Assembly: GCA_030830065.1 (NCBI GenBank)
Contig: JAURNR010000015.1
Location: 10,135-74,134 of the forward strand
Origin: Bacteroidota bacterium
GTDB taxonomy: Bacteria; Bacteroidota; Bacteroidia; NS11-12g; UBA955
Reading direction: 5' to 3'
DNA length: 64,000 nt
How positions within the stretch are numbered: the stretch's first letter is position 1; every line of letters starts with the position of its first letter. Shown piece by piece: positions 19,631-29,580 of this stretch. The translations under genes were made by a program, and so were the position numbers. The notes under the pieces were generated by a model. That model saw only the letters and a program-made list of their open reading frames with translations, searched no databases and had not been told where the DNA came from.

Positions 19631-20566
19631 ATGATTGATTACTCCAAGGCGTTATCTATTACCAAAGGCCCGGCAGTTTGCTATTCAGGCTTTCGAGAGG
19701 GTCAATGTCCTGGACAAAAATATCCCTCCTATCAAGAGGTTAAAGAAGATTTAGAAATCGTTTCAAAACATTGGAATTATATACGCTTATACAGCTGTGA
19801 TGAGCACTCAAAAACTGTATTACAAGTGCTTCGCAAAGAAGACATTAAGTTAAAAGTTATGCTGGGGGCATATATTATTGCTGAAATGAGCAATCCAAAC
19901 TGTCCCTGGGGAGCAGATTATACAGAAAATCAACTCCTTCTAAATAAAGAGCACAACTTAAATGAGATAAAATCCTTAGTGGCGTTAGCCAATGAATATT
20001 CCGATATTATTTTCTCTGTATCCGTGGGTAATGAGGCCTGTGTGGATTGGACCGATCATTTGGTTCCGGTAGAATCTGTAATTAAATACGTAAAGATGGT
20101 AAAAAAGGAGACGAACCAACCGGTTACATTTTGTGAAAATTACGTACCATGGTTGAATAAATTAGAGCCTTTGGTTGCTGAAATTGATTTCATCTCCATT
20201 CATACTTACCCGGTTTGGGAATACAAAAACATTGAGGAGTCATTTGATTATACCAAGCAGAATTATCAATCAGTACAAAAAAAGTATCCAAATAAATTAG
20301 TGGTAATTACCGAAGCAGGTTGGGCAACGGCATCCAACGGCCTGGGTATACCTAAAGAAAATGTAAATAAAGAATTACAAAGTATTTACTACCGGTTTTT
20401 AAAAAATTGGAGTGAAAGTGAAGGGATTTTAACCTTTGTATTTGAAGCTTTCGATGAGCCATGGAAGGGATCTGATGATCCGTATGAGCCAGAAAAGCAT
20501 TGGGGTTTATATGCAGTTGATCGCACCCCCAAACCCGCAATGAAAGAAATCGGATACAAGCATTAA
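19631..20566 (+). CDS. GH17 glycoside hydrolase, no signal peptide
   Basis: AVCYSGFREGQ, YIRLY, SVGNEA, IHTYPVWE, ITEAGWAT and FEAFDEPWK...EKHWGL. Confidence 0.9.
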   Translation: MIDYSKALSITKGPAVCYSGFREGQCPGQKYPSYQEVKEDLEIVSKHWNYIRLYSCDEHSKTVLQVLRKEDIKLKVMLGAYIIAEMSNPNCPWGADYTENQLLLNKEHNLNEIKSLVALANEYSDIIFSVSVGNEACVDWTDHLVPVESVIKYVKMVKKETNQPVTFCENYVPWLNKLEPLVAEIDFISIHTYPVWEYKNIEESFDYTKQNYQSVQKKYPNKLVVITEAGWATASNGLGIPKENVNKELQSIYYRFLKNWSESEGILTFVFEAFDEPWKGSDDPYEPEKHWGLYAVDRTPKPAMKEIGYKH

Positions 20567-20640
20567 GTAAAACCTGAACGGCTCGAATTGAGTTAAAAAA
20601 AATATTCTACGAACTATTGAAATCCGATAAAATCAAATCT

Positions 20641-21798
20641 CTATCTCCCAAATAATCTTATCCCTTCACTCACGTAAGTACGTAGGCAAGTAAATACATA
20701 TTCTTTATCTTTACGTTTAACCCCGTTTCCAGTTCTTACAATTACCATATTTTCAGAAGGAATAATTACGATGAACTGCCCTTTTAAGCCTTGATAATAA
20801 TAAAATGGAACTTCGGTAGAAGGCGACACCCAAAATGAATGCCCATAATTAATAGATTTCCACGACTGCGATGCTAAAGACAAAAATGCACTATCTATAA
20901 TAGATTCTCCATTCCATTTTCCATGATTCAAAACTAGTAAACCCAACTTTCCAAAATCTCTGCTGCTAGCATTCAAACAGCAAAAGGTTAATTCTCGTCC
21001 ATCCTTATGATCCAATGACCATTGCGCATCATTTTCCATACCTAATGGACCCCATAACTTCGCTGATGCGAAGTCTGATATTTGAGAATAAGGTTTTAAA
21101 CCGTTAGGAGGAGATTGTAAGGCTTTCATCAATACCATCCCCAAAAATTGAGTAGCTCCACTTTGATATTCCCATTTTTTTCCAGGTTCTGTCTCTACAA
21201 TCACAGAACGCATAACACCCTCTACATCATCAGAATAATATGCTCTTGCTGTGATCCCCAAAGGTGCAAAATAATTCTCTCTCCATTTCAAACCCGCTGT
21301 CATAGTTGATAGATGACGTAGTGTTAATTCATTTGCAAATTCACCTTGCACCCATGGCAACCAATTTAAAACGTTCTCATCCCAAGACTTTATATATCCC
21401 TCTTGAATGGCCTTTTGAACCAACAACGCTGTTATGGTTTTAGCCATAGAAAATGAATTAGTGATTGAAGATTGCTCGTGCTTATTGAAATAATTCTCGC
21501 TCACCAACTCGTTGTTTTTGTATACCAAAAAAGAACCACTTTCCGTTTCATTTAACATTTGTAGTAGTTCCTCAGATAATTTATTTTTTGAAGGATTTTC
21601 TTTTGTAGCTACCCCATTTCCCGAATTAATTCTCCGAGTTTCAAAACCCTTCCAATCTGTGTAATGCGCAGAGGCCTCACCTTGTAAGTATGTATTTTTT
21701 ATTCCTTTAAAAAGATATCCATATGGAGAAATTCTGATAATAACACCTAGGAATACTACCAGACCAAACCAAAGTGTAACCTTAAAGAACTTTTTCAT
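20641..21798 (-). CDS. Serine hydrolase, beta-lactamase class C-like family
   Basis: N-terminal membrane anchor; SxxK motif SFSMAK, LTLRHLSTMTAGL, EPGKKWEYQS and GLKGQFIVIIP. Confidence 0.85.
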   Translation of the reverse strand: MKKFFKVTLWFGLVVFLGVIIRISPYGYLFKGIKNTYLQGEASAHYTDWKGFETRRINSGNGVATKENPSKNKLSEELLQMLNETESGSFLVYKNNELVSENYFNKHEQSSITNSFSMAKTITALLVQKAIQEGYIKSWDENVLNWLPWVQGEFANELTLRHLSTMTAGLKWRENYFAPLGITARAYYSDDVEGVMRSVIVETEPGKKWEYQSGATQFLGMVLMKALQSPPNGLKPYSQISDFASAKLWGPLGMENDAQWSLDHKDGRELTFCCLNASSRDFGKLGLLVLNHGKWNGESIIDSAFLSLASQSWKSINYGHSFWVSPSTEVPFYYYQGLKGQFIVIIPSENMVIVRTGNGVKRKDKEYVFTCLRTYVSEGIRLFGR

Positions 21799-21903
21799 GA
21801 TATACGAAATAAGCCAATAAGTTAAAATTTAACACTATACTCAGTTGAATTTTGTGTAAGACTTTTGACAATTGCCTTGTCTAACTTTAACTATCTTTGT
21901 AAC

Positions 21904-24375
21904 ATGCGAATTAAACAATTATTTAAGCGCTATATTGGTGTTTTAAGTTTTTTTACTTTAGGATATTTCTTTTTGTGGTCTGGTGAAATTCTTACCATTA
22001 AAAAATCTTCAAAGGAGAAAGGCGAAAACCCTGGTTATTTCGAACAATGGTTTAATGAGAAAAAAGATGCAAACGGAAACATTCCGCAGTGGATGAGAAC
22101 AAAGTGGCAGGCTGAAGATAAAAAATTAAATATTAATAAGAGAGCAAACTCTCCAATTTTCGATACCATAATTGAATTAGGCCCTGCTGCAATTGGCGGA
22201 AGAACACGTGCCCTTTGGATAGATCCAGCCGATAATTCTCACATGTTAGCCGCAGCTATTTCTGGAGGAATTTGGAAGACTACTACAGGGGGTAATATGT
22301 GGGAACCATTGAATGATCATGAAACTTCACTTATGTCCAGTTGTATTACTTCTAACCCTTTCAATCATGATATTATTTATTATGGTACTGGCGAAAGCAG
22401 AGCAAATTCTGCCGGTGTAAATGGAGATGGAATTTTCAAATCCACAAATCGTGGACAATCTTTTGAGCAGCTAAGTTCTACAGTAGGGTTATCTGGGATG
22501 GCGGCAATTTGGGATATTGCACATAGCTTAGATGACAGTTTAACGGTATTTGCTGGAACACATACTGCTGGACTTTACCGTACCCAAGACGGAGGTGAAA
22601 CTTGGGATAATGTTTATAACGGTGGTACCCGTCAAATCAATGATATTCTTGTTCTCCCAAATGGACGAATTTTAATTTCAATGCAGGCTAACGGTGTTTT
22701 AGCCTCTGACTCAAATGGAAATTCTGGCACATGGAATAGCCTCAATTTCCCTAATAGACCCTCTCAGTTCCGTAGAATTCAAATGGCCAATTGCGAAAAA
22801 TATCCTAACGTAGTTTATGCCTTATTCGAAGGTTATGGATTCTCAGATCCACCAGCTGCATTTTATAAAAGTAGTGATGGAGGAAGAACTTGGGTAAAGC
22901 AAACTACTCCCGAGGAAATTGGTGCAGGATATCAAGCATATTGTGTAATGCTGGGAGTTAGTCATAACGACTCAAATAAAGTAACTGCTGGTGGTGTTCG
23001 TTGTGCGGCTTCAAGCGATGGTGGACAAAATTGGACTCGTATTTCTGGAAGTCATGCAGACCATCATTCCTATGCAAATCTTAATCAAAGTACCGATGGA
23101 TATGTAATTGGAACTGACGGTGGAATGTATGAATGTAGATATGGTAGAAGCAGTGTAGTCAAAGCTATTAATACCGGATATAGAGTCACTCAATTTTATG
23201 CTGGAGGAGTTGGTTTTGAGGGATTAGATGCAATTGCAGGTGCCCAGGATAATGGTACTCATTACGCAACAGGGAGAATGCTTACCCAATATATTTTTGG
23301 TGGAGACGGAGCATACTGCCATATCGGTCAGCAAACAGGAACAGTAGCCTACCTTTCAACACAAAATCAAGGAATTAGAAGAGTAGATAATTTTGGAACT
23401 GGGCAAGCGGTAACACGATCTATTGCGGCAAATGAGTTCAGTACTGATGGTGTTAGCTTTATTAATTCTTACACGATGAATGAATCTGACGAATATATGC
23501 TATTCTACAGAACGAATAGGGGGGTATACAGAACTGCAGATGGAGGAAATAATTGGGAAAAAATTAACACCGTAGTGCGATCAAGCTTAAAAGCTTTAGG
23601 AGTTAGCCATGATATCAATCCTATTCTCTACTATGGAGGTAACTCTGCTCAGCTTTATAAATTTGAAAATGCAGGTTCTGCTGATGTTGGAACTGAAGTA
23701 AGTTTCAATGCATCTGTTCCGTTACAAATTACAAACGACTATTTAAATTTTATTGAAGTTAACCCAAAAAATAAATACCAAATTTTTGTTGCATTTTCTA
23801 ATTTCAGTAACTACGGAAGGGTATGGAAAGTATCAAATTTAGATAGCTCAAGCCCTAAATGGGATGACATCTCCGGTAATCTACCCAAAAGTCTGCCTGT
23901 TAATTCCGTTGCTGTAGATCCATGGAGCCCTGAACACTATATTTTTGCTGGTACTGATTTTGGTTTATACTACACTATGGATGGAGGTGCTACTTGGCAA
24001 AAAGAAATGAGCATTCCAAATGTGGCTGTACATGAAGTTAAAATTAGAAATAGCGACCGCTCGTTATATGCATTTACTCATGGTCGCGGAATGTGGTATT
24101 TAAAACTAAAAGATGTTAAAACAACAACTGAGAAGATAGTTGTTAATGCTAATATTTATCCAAATCCGGCACATAGCAAAGTAAGCATTACTAGCAATTC
24201 TAAGGTTAGTTTTATCGAAATTTTAGATTTAAACGGCAAACTTATAAAATCCCAAAAATTCGATAACCCATCAAAAAAGTTTAATTTTGATGTAAGAGAT
24301 TTGCCAGCGGCTTGGTATTTAATAAATGTCCAAACCGAAAATGGTAATACTGCCTTGAAACTACAGGTGAAATAA
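21904..24375 (+). CDS. T9SS type A-sorted BNR/Asp-box (VPS10-like) beta-propeller protein
   Basis: GPAAIGGRTRAL, several SxDGGxTW boxes (TQDGGETW, SSDGGRTW, SSDGGQNW, TADGGNNW, TMDGGATW), HADHH, FTHGRGMW and a C-terminal IYPNPA...KLQVK sorting domain. Confidence 0.85.
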   Translation: MRIKQLFKRYIGVLSFFTLGYFFLWSGEILTIKKSSKEKGENPGYFEQWFNEKKDANGNIPQWMRTKWQAEDKKLNINKRANSPIFDTIIELGPAAIGGRTRALWIDPADNSHMLAAAISGGIWKTTTGGNMWEPLNDHETSLMSSCITSNPFNHDIIYYGTGESRANSAGVNGDGIFKSTNRGQSFEQLSSTVGLSGMAAIWDIAHSLDDSLTVFAGTHTAGLYRTQDGGETWDNVYNGGTRQINDILVLPNGRILISMQANGVLASDSNGNSGTWNSLNFPNRPSQFRRIQMANCEKYPNVVYALFEGYGFSDPPAAFYKSSDGGRTWVKQTTPEEIGAGYQAYCVMLGVSHNDSNKVTAGGVRCAASSDGGQNWTRISGSHADHHSYANLNQSTDGYVIGTDGGMYECRYGRSSVVKAINTGYRVTQFYAGGVGFEGLDAIAGAQDNGTHYATGRMLTQYIFGGDGAYCHIGQQTGTVAYLSTQNQGIRRVDNFGTGQAVTRSIAANEFSTDGVSFINSYTMNESDEYMLFYRTNRGVYRTADGGNNWEKINTVVRSSLKALGVSHDINPILYYGGNSAQLYKFENAGSADVGTEVSFNASVPLQITNDYLNFIEVNPKNKYQIFVAFSNFSNYGRVWKVSNLDSSSPKWDDISGNLPKSLPVNSVAVDPWSPEHYIFAGTDFGLYYTMDGGATWQKEMSIPNVAVHEVKIRNSDRSLYAFTHGRGMWYLKLKDVKTTTEKIVVNANIYPNPAHSKVSITSNSKVSFIEILDLNGKLIKSQKFDNPSKKFNFDVRDLPAAWYLINVQTENGNTALKLQVK

Positions 24376-24737
24376 TGATTACTAACGAGATAAAAAGCCC
24401 ATTAGAAAATCTAAAAAAACAGCTTAAAAAGCTTGATAATGAGCTTAAGGAAGTTCACGAGGCTATCCGATCTGAAAATTATAGTGAATATCCTGTTTTT
24501 GTAGCTCATCAAGAGAATGCACAAATCGGGGAGTCTCTATTTGACCGCAAGGAATATGGATTAGATTATAGTATTAATGCAACTACAATTGAACGTTTCA
24601 AGGAATTAAAAATCATTACAGATGAGAGAATTCCAGCTTTTAAAGAGGCTTATGGAAACCCCTCAGAAAAGTTCTGTGTTTTTTGGATTAATGGAGCCGA
24701 AACACATTTCATATTTTTACCATTTGACAAAAAATAA
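24375..24737 (+). CDS. Hypothetical protein
   Basis: 120 aa ORF translationally coupled (TAATG) to the upstream gene and abutting the GT2 gene. Confidence 0.7.
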   Translation: MITNEIKSPLENLKKQLKKLDNELKEVHEAIRSENYSEYPVFVAHQENAQIGESLFDRKEYGLDYSINATTIERFKELKIITDERIPAFKEAYGNPSEKFCVFWINGAETHFIFLPFDKK

Positions 24738-25763
24738 TTGTCCAACCCCACCATTGATATCGTAATTTTAAATTACAACACTATAGATGTTGTAAAAGAG
24801 TGTCTTCCGCAGGTAATTGAAAACACCCAATATCCGGGTGCTCAAGTAGTTTTTGTGGATAATAACTCGACAGATGGTTCAGCTGATTGGGTTGAAACTA
24901 CATACGGAGAACAAATTGAGCTTATTAAACTAAAAAAAAATAATGGTTTTGCCGGAGGCTATAACGAGGCTTTAGAAAATAGAACTGCTGATTATTTTGT
25001 TTTATTAAATTCGGATGCTACACCGAAACAAAAGAGATGGTTAAAACCATTAGTTGATCTTTTAGAGGGCAATCCAAATATTGCTGCTGCTCAACCCAAG
25101 ATTCTCAGCTACAGATATCATGACAAATTTGAATATGCGGGTGCAGCCGGTGGTTTTATTGATTACTTAGGATTTCCTTTTTGTAAGGGAAGAATTTTTG
25201 GAGATGTTGAATTGGACAAAGATCAATACAACGATAGTACTCCCATTTTTTGGGCTAGTGGTGCGGCCATGTTCATAAGGAGAACAAGCTGGCAGCAAGC
25301 AAAGGGTTTAGATGAAAGCTTCTTTGCTCATATGGAAGAGATAGATCTGTGTTGGAGACTAAAGAATTTGGGTCATGAAATTTATTCATGTCCTGAAAGC
25401 GTTGTATATCATATAGGAGGCGCCACGTTATCTAATCAAAATCCACAAAAAACATTTCTCAACTTTAGAAATGGATTATTAATGATGTATAAAAACCTCC
25501 CTGATTCCACTAAAGAGAAGCGTATACTTCTAAGAAAAATTCTCGATGGTTTAGCAGGAATTAAGTTTTTCATAGAAGGTCAACCCAAGCATACTGCTCA
25601 AATAATACGCGCTCACAGAGAGTTTAATAAACTAAAGAAAAAAATTAAACTTCAAGCAAAAACACCACTTTTAACAGAACACAGCGGAGTACTAAAGCAT
25701 AGTCTTGTTTGGGGTTATTTTCTTAGGAATAAAAAAACTTGGTCGAGTTGGTATAGGAAGTAA
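24738..25763 (+). CDS. Glycosyltransferase family 2
   Basis: IVILNYN, FVDNNSTDGS, NNGFAGGYN, LLNSD, FWASGAA and FFAHMEEIDLCWR. Confidence 0.92.
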   Translation: MSNPTIDIVILNYNTIDVVKECLPQVIENTQYPGAQVVFVDNNSTDGSADWVETTYGEQIELIKLKKNNGFAGGYNEALENRTADYFVLLNSDATPKQKRWLKPLVDLLEGNPNIAAAQPKILSYRYHDKFEYAGAAGGFIDYLGFPFCKGRIFGDVELDKDQYNDSTPIFWASGAAMFIRRTSWQQAKGLDESFFAHMEEIDLCWRLKNLGHEIYSCPESVVYHIGGATLSNQNPQKTFLNFRNGLLMMYKNLPDSTKEKRILLRKILDGLAGIKFFIEGQPKHTAQIIRAHREFNKLKKKIKLQAKTPLLTEHSGVLKHSLVWGYFLRNKKTWSSWYRK

Positions 25764-25766
25764 CTT

Positions 25767-26123
25767 ATGGGAACAAATCAAGACGAGAAAATTGAAAAAA
25801 TGACCTTCGCTTCTGTGTTTCCTCATTACCAAAACAAGGTAGAACGCAAAGGGCAATCATTAGAAGACTTGAATCTGATTATTCAATGGCTGACTGGCCT
25901 AAATCAAAATCAACTCAACGACTGTATTGGACAAAAACTTACTTTCAAAGAATTGTTTGAAATGGCTTCGATTCCAAGTAGTGCTTTCAATATCAAAGGA
26001 AGTATTTGTGGAATTAAAGTGCAGGAAATAAGTAACCCATTAACACAAAAAGTTCGATTTCTTGATAAGATTGTAGATGATTTGGCCAAGGGCAAATCCG
26101 TAGAGAAAATTATTTCTATTTAA
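25767..26123 (+). CDS. DUF2200 family protein
   Basis: MTFASVFPHY..KVERKG, IIQWLTG, IKGSICG and VRFLDKIVDDLAKGK. Confidence 0.85.
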   Translation: MGTNQDEKIEKMTFASVFPHYQNKVERKGQSLEDLNLIIQWLTGLNQNQLNDCIGQKLTFKELFEMASIPSSAFNIKGSICGIKVQEISNPLTQKVRFLDKIVDDLAKGKSVEKIISI

Positions 26124-27031
26124 TTATTCTTTTTTGACCTGGGATGATATTGATTTAATGTATCGGCAAGAAATCCTCGATCAAGATGAGTATAGATTTC
26201 GGTGGTAGTAATAGATTCATGCCCAAGCATTTCTTGCACAGCTCTTAAATCTGCACCGTATTCTACTAAGTGAGTTGCAAAAGAATGTCGTAGTGTATGA
26301 GGTGAGATGTTTTTATTAACCCCGGCTTGTGATGCCGCCTTTTTTATCATTAAAAATACCGATTGTCGTGTTAACCCTTTCCCCCGTGCAGAAACAAAAA
26401 CTATATCTCTGTAGTTTTTATCAATATCTATATGAACCCTAAAATGATCTACAAAAATTTTTATATGCTTTAAAGCACGTTCAGATATAGGAATTAAGCG
26501 TTCTTTATTACCCTTTCCGATAACTTGAATATATTGTTCTTCAAAGTGAATGTGAGTTAAACGAAGTCCTATTATCTCTGATACACGCAATCCACAAGAG
26601 TACATAGCTTCTAATATTGCAACATTTCTCTCCCCTTCTGCTTTTGATCTATCTAGGGTAGAGATCATTGCATCAATTTCATCGGGACTTAACACTACTG
26701 GAAGTTTCCTTCCTGTTTTGGGAGGTTCTAAAAAATCTGCTGGACTTTCATCAATGTAATCTTCTAAAGATAGATATTTATAAAACGCTCTGACGCCGCT
26801 AATTATCCTTGCTTGAGAAGTAGATTGCAAACCAAGCTCCATAATGTAGACTGCAAATTGTTCTAACTCATCTTTTGTTACTTTCAACGGATTCTTCCAG
26901 GATTTCGAGAGCGAAAAAATCTGTAGTTTTTCTATATCCCGTAGGTATGCTTCTATGCTATTGGAAGACAACGATTTTTCTAACTGTAAGTGGATAGAAA
27001 AACCCCGAACTGCATCTTCCCAAGAAATCAT
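26120..27031 (-). CDS. xerD: Site-specific tyrosine recombinase XerD
   Basis: LSSNSIEAYLRD, YSCGLRVSE, GKGNKERLIP, SPHTLRHSFATHL and VQEMLGHESITTTEIYTH. Confidence 0.9.
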   Translation of the reverse strand: MISWEDAVRGFSIHLQLEKSLSSNSIEAYLRDIEKLQIFSLSKSWKNPLKVTKDELEQFAVYIMELGLQSTSQARIISGVRAFYKYLSLEDYIDESPADFLEPPKTGRKLPVVLSPDEIDAMISTLDRSKAEGERNVAILEAMYSCGLRVSEIIGLRLTHIHFEEQYIQVIGKGNKERLIPISERALKHIKIFVDHFRVHIDIDKNYRDIVFVSARGKGLTRQSVFLMIKKAASQAGVNKNISPHTLRHSFATHLVEYGADLRAVQEMLGHESITTTEIYTHLDRGFLADTLNQYHPRSKKNN

Positions 27032-27032
27032 A

Positions 27033-27887
27033 CTACGGTTTCATTTTGACGGTGCGGGTCTGCAATATTTCCTTAGTTTCGGCATCTATAACCCAAACCA
27101 TTACCGAGAGATTATCTGCATTCCAATTTGGTTTTCTGTCAACGAAATAATGCCTTTCTACTGTGTATCCGGGCACATCCATTTTCTGAGCAATGGTATC
27201 ACCAATAGCACTCCCAACAACCGAACGTAACACATGATTATGTTCGTATTCTTTATCTAGCCCTCCTGAAATTCTTGAATCTGACTGTGCACCAATAATC
27301 TTATCTTCCAGTATTCCAATTACCCACAAAATAGGTTTATTAACTGCAGTATTTGCGACGGCTTTAACTTCAATTCTTCCTTTATCTTCATCCTCAATCC
27401 AAGTGGTAGTTATTCCAAGGTTTATGGGGGTAGTTTTTAGCAATTGTTGATTGATTACTGAACCCCAGGCTAATTCATCAACAAGTACGCTTCCGTTGTA
27501 TACTATTCGGTCAATCATTCCTTTAGGAAGTGAACTGGGGGTTTCTCCAATTATTTGATCTGCATCCGATGAATTAAGGGTATCATAACCATCCCATGCC
27601 CATGTTAAAACTCCTGCATTAGGATAAAGTGCAATAATCTCAATTCTTCCAAGGTTATCTTCATAAAACTTTTTGGCAAGTTCAGCCGCTCGCGGACAGT
27701 TATTACATCTCACACCCGTAACATCTGCCAACCATACCTTTTTCAACTGTTGTGCTGGTGCAGCACCGTAATAGGTAGTATCCAATAATGGCTTTTGCTT
27801 AAATTTAATTACTGGGGGTTCTTCCTCACAACCTAGAAAAAATATACCAACAATTAAAAACAACCAAAATTGAAGCTTCATTCTCAT
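27033..27887 (-). CDS. Omp28-related lipoprotein with thioredoxin-like CxxC
   Basis: Lipobox FLGC, DVTGVRCNNCP, P.GMIDR and EYEHNHVLR. Confidence 0.75.
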   Translation of the reverse strand: MRMKLQFWLFLIVGIFFLGCEEEPPVIKFKQKPLLDTTYYGAAPAQQLKKVWLADVTGVRCNNCPRAAELAKKFYEDNLGRIEIIALYPNAGVLTWAWDGYDTLNSSDADQIIGETPSSLPKGMIDRIVYNGSVLVDELAWGSVINQQLLKTTPINLGITTTWIEDEDKGRIEVKAVANTAVNKPILWVIGILEDKIIGAQSDSRISGGLDKEYEHNHVLRSVVGSAIGDTIAQKMDVPGYTVERHYFVDRKPNWNADNLSVMVWVIDAETKEILQTRTVKMKP

Positions 27888-27972
27888 ACCACGAATTTAA
27901 CATGAACATTTGACAAACGAAATACTACAAATTTTAAAACTCAATTCTGATTATATTGTTATTCAGAATATA

Positions 27973-28560
27973 ATGCGCAAACTGACTAAAAGATTACTTG
28001 CTTCAGGAATCATTGCATCCATGACAGGATGTTTTTTTGGAGTATCTAAAACAATTGACAAACAAACTATGAAAGACAGCAAACCAAAAAGTTCCATTTA
28101 TGATGTGGCTATTAATAAACTAGATGGCACGCCATTAAACCTTTCAGATTATAAAGGTAAAAAACTATTGATAGTAAATACGGCTAGTGAATGTGGTTTT
28201 ACACCACAATATGAAGATTTACAAAAATTAAATGATGCCTATCAAGATAAGTTAATAATCATTGGTACTCCATGTAATCAATTTGGAGGTCAAGAACCAG
28301 GAGATGCGAGCACTATTCAATCCTTTTGTACAAAAAATTTCGGAGTAACATTCACACTTACTGAAAAATTAGACGTTAAAGGAGGTAATCAGCATGAATT
28401 ATATGAATGGCTTACTAAAAAATCTATCAACGGCGTTTTAGACAGTGAAGTAAAATGGAATTTCAATAAATACTTAATCAGCGAAGAAGGAATGCTGATT
28501 GCATATTTTGCCTCAACTACTAGCCCAATGTCTAATGATATTACTAAGTTCTTAGATTAA
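27973..28560 (+). CDS. Glutathione peroxidase-like (Cys type), probable lipoprotein
   Basis: LLIVNTASECGFTPQY, PCNQFGGQEPG and VKWNFNKYLI. N-terminal MRKLTKRLLASGIIASMTGC is lipobox-like. Confidence 0.9.
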   Translation: MRKLTKRLLASGIIASMTGCFFGVSKTIDKQTMKDSKPKSSIYDVAINKLDGTPLNLSDYKGKKLLIVNTASECGFTPQYEDLQKLNDAYQDKLIIIGTPCNQFGGQEPGDASTIQSFCTKNFGVTFTLTEKLDVKGGNQHELYEWLTKKSINGVLDSEVKWNFNKYLISEEGMLIAYFASTTSPMSNDITKFLD

Positions 28561-28633
28561 AATTGTTCGTGTGTTTTGTGATTCTTATGGGAATTCAGCT
28601 ACTTAGGGTTATTTTCGCGCAGAGTTTCAGGAC

Positions 28634-29506
28634 ATGAGTATTTTAGTTAACAAAGATTCAAAGATTGTGGTTCAAGGATTTACCGGAAATGAAGGTACAT
28701 TCCATGCTACTCAAATGATTGAGTATGGAACCAACGTTATTGGTGGTGTAACTCCTGGTAAAGGAGGAAGTACTCACTTAGATAGACCAGTTTTCAACAC
28801 TGTTGAAGAAGCAGTAACCAATGCAGGCGCTAACGTAAGTATTATATTCGTTCCTCCAGCATTTGCGGCAGATGCAATAATGGAAGCAGCAGATGCAGGC
28901 ATTGAGGTAATTGTAGCTATTACAGAGGGTATTCCTACCAAAGATATGGTTATAGTTAAGGACTACATTTCTGATAAGAAGTGTACCTTAATTGGCCCTA
29001 ACTGTCCTGGAATTATTACTCCAGAGGAAGCAAAAATTGGAATTATGCCAGGGTTTATCTTCAAAAAAGGTAAAATTGGTGTTGTTTCCAAGTCTGGTAC
29101 TTTAACATATGAGGCGGTCGACCAATTAACTAAACTCGGTTTAGGGCAGTCAACGGCTATTGGAATTGGTGGTGATCCAATTATTGGAACAACAACCAAA
29201 GAGGCGGTTGAATTATTTATGAATGACCCTGAAACAGAAGGTATTGTAATGATAGGTGAAATAGGCGGCGGAATGGAAGCAGAAGCGGCTCATTGGATTA
29301 AAAAACATGGAACCAAGCCGGTGGTTGGGTTTATTGCTGGCCAAACAGCACCTCCCGGTAGAAGAATGGGACACGCAGGGGCAATTGTTGGTGGTAAGGA
29401 CGATACAGCTGAAGCAAAAATGGCAATCATGAGAGAATGTGGTATCCACGTGGTTGAAAGTCCTGCAGATATCGGACAAAAAATGTACGATGTACTTAAC
29501 TCATGA
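28634..29506 (+). CDS. sucD: Succinate--CoA ligase alpha subunit
   Basis: [39 protein letters not shown] and RMGHAGA. Confidence 0.98.
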   Translation: MSILVNKDSKIVVQGFTGNEGTFHATQMIEYGTNVIGGVTPGKGGSTHLDRPVFNTVEEAVTNAGANVSIIFVPPAFAADAIMEAADAGIEVIVAITEGIPTKDMVIVKDYISDKKCTLIGPNCPGIITPEEAKIGIMPGFIFKKGKIGVVSKSGTLTYEAVDQLTKLGLGQSTAIGIGGDPIIGTTTKEAVELFMNDPETEGIVMIGEIGGGMEAEAAHWIKKHGTKPVVGFIAGQTAPPGRRMGHAGAIVGGKDDTAEAKMAIMRECGIHVVESPADIGQKMYDVLNS

Positions 29507-29515
29507 TAAAGAAGC

Positions 29516-29570
29516 ATATTTTAAATAAAAAAGGCGACCATTATTAGGTCGCCTTTTTTATTTAAAATAT
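29516..29570. terminator. Bidirectional terminator between sucD and lolA (24-bp perfect inverted repeat)
   Basis: ATATTTTAAATAAAAAAGGCGACC-attatta-GGTCGCCTTTTTTATTTAAAATAT. Confidence 0.88.
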
Positions 29571-29580
29571 TAGGATATAA

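Noticed and set aside
11047-20640. Beta-glucan cluster as a mobile element
   Set aside because: No transposase, integrase or flanking direct or inverted repeats were seen. Horizontal origin is possible but cannot be supported from this sequence alone.
26120-27031. Tyrosine recombinase as a phage or island integrase
   Set aside because: Size and motifs fit housekeeping XerD. There are no att-like repeats, tRNA or cargo genes nearby, and no dif-like site was recognised in the window.
29516-29570. 24-bp perfect inverted repeat as a MITE or REP element
   Set aside because: It is single copy in the window, lies between convergent genes and has A/T tracts on both sides, so a bidirectional terminator explains it.
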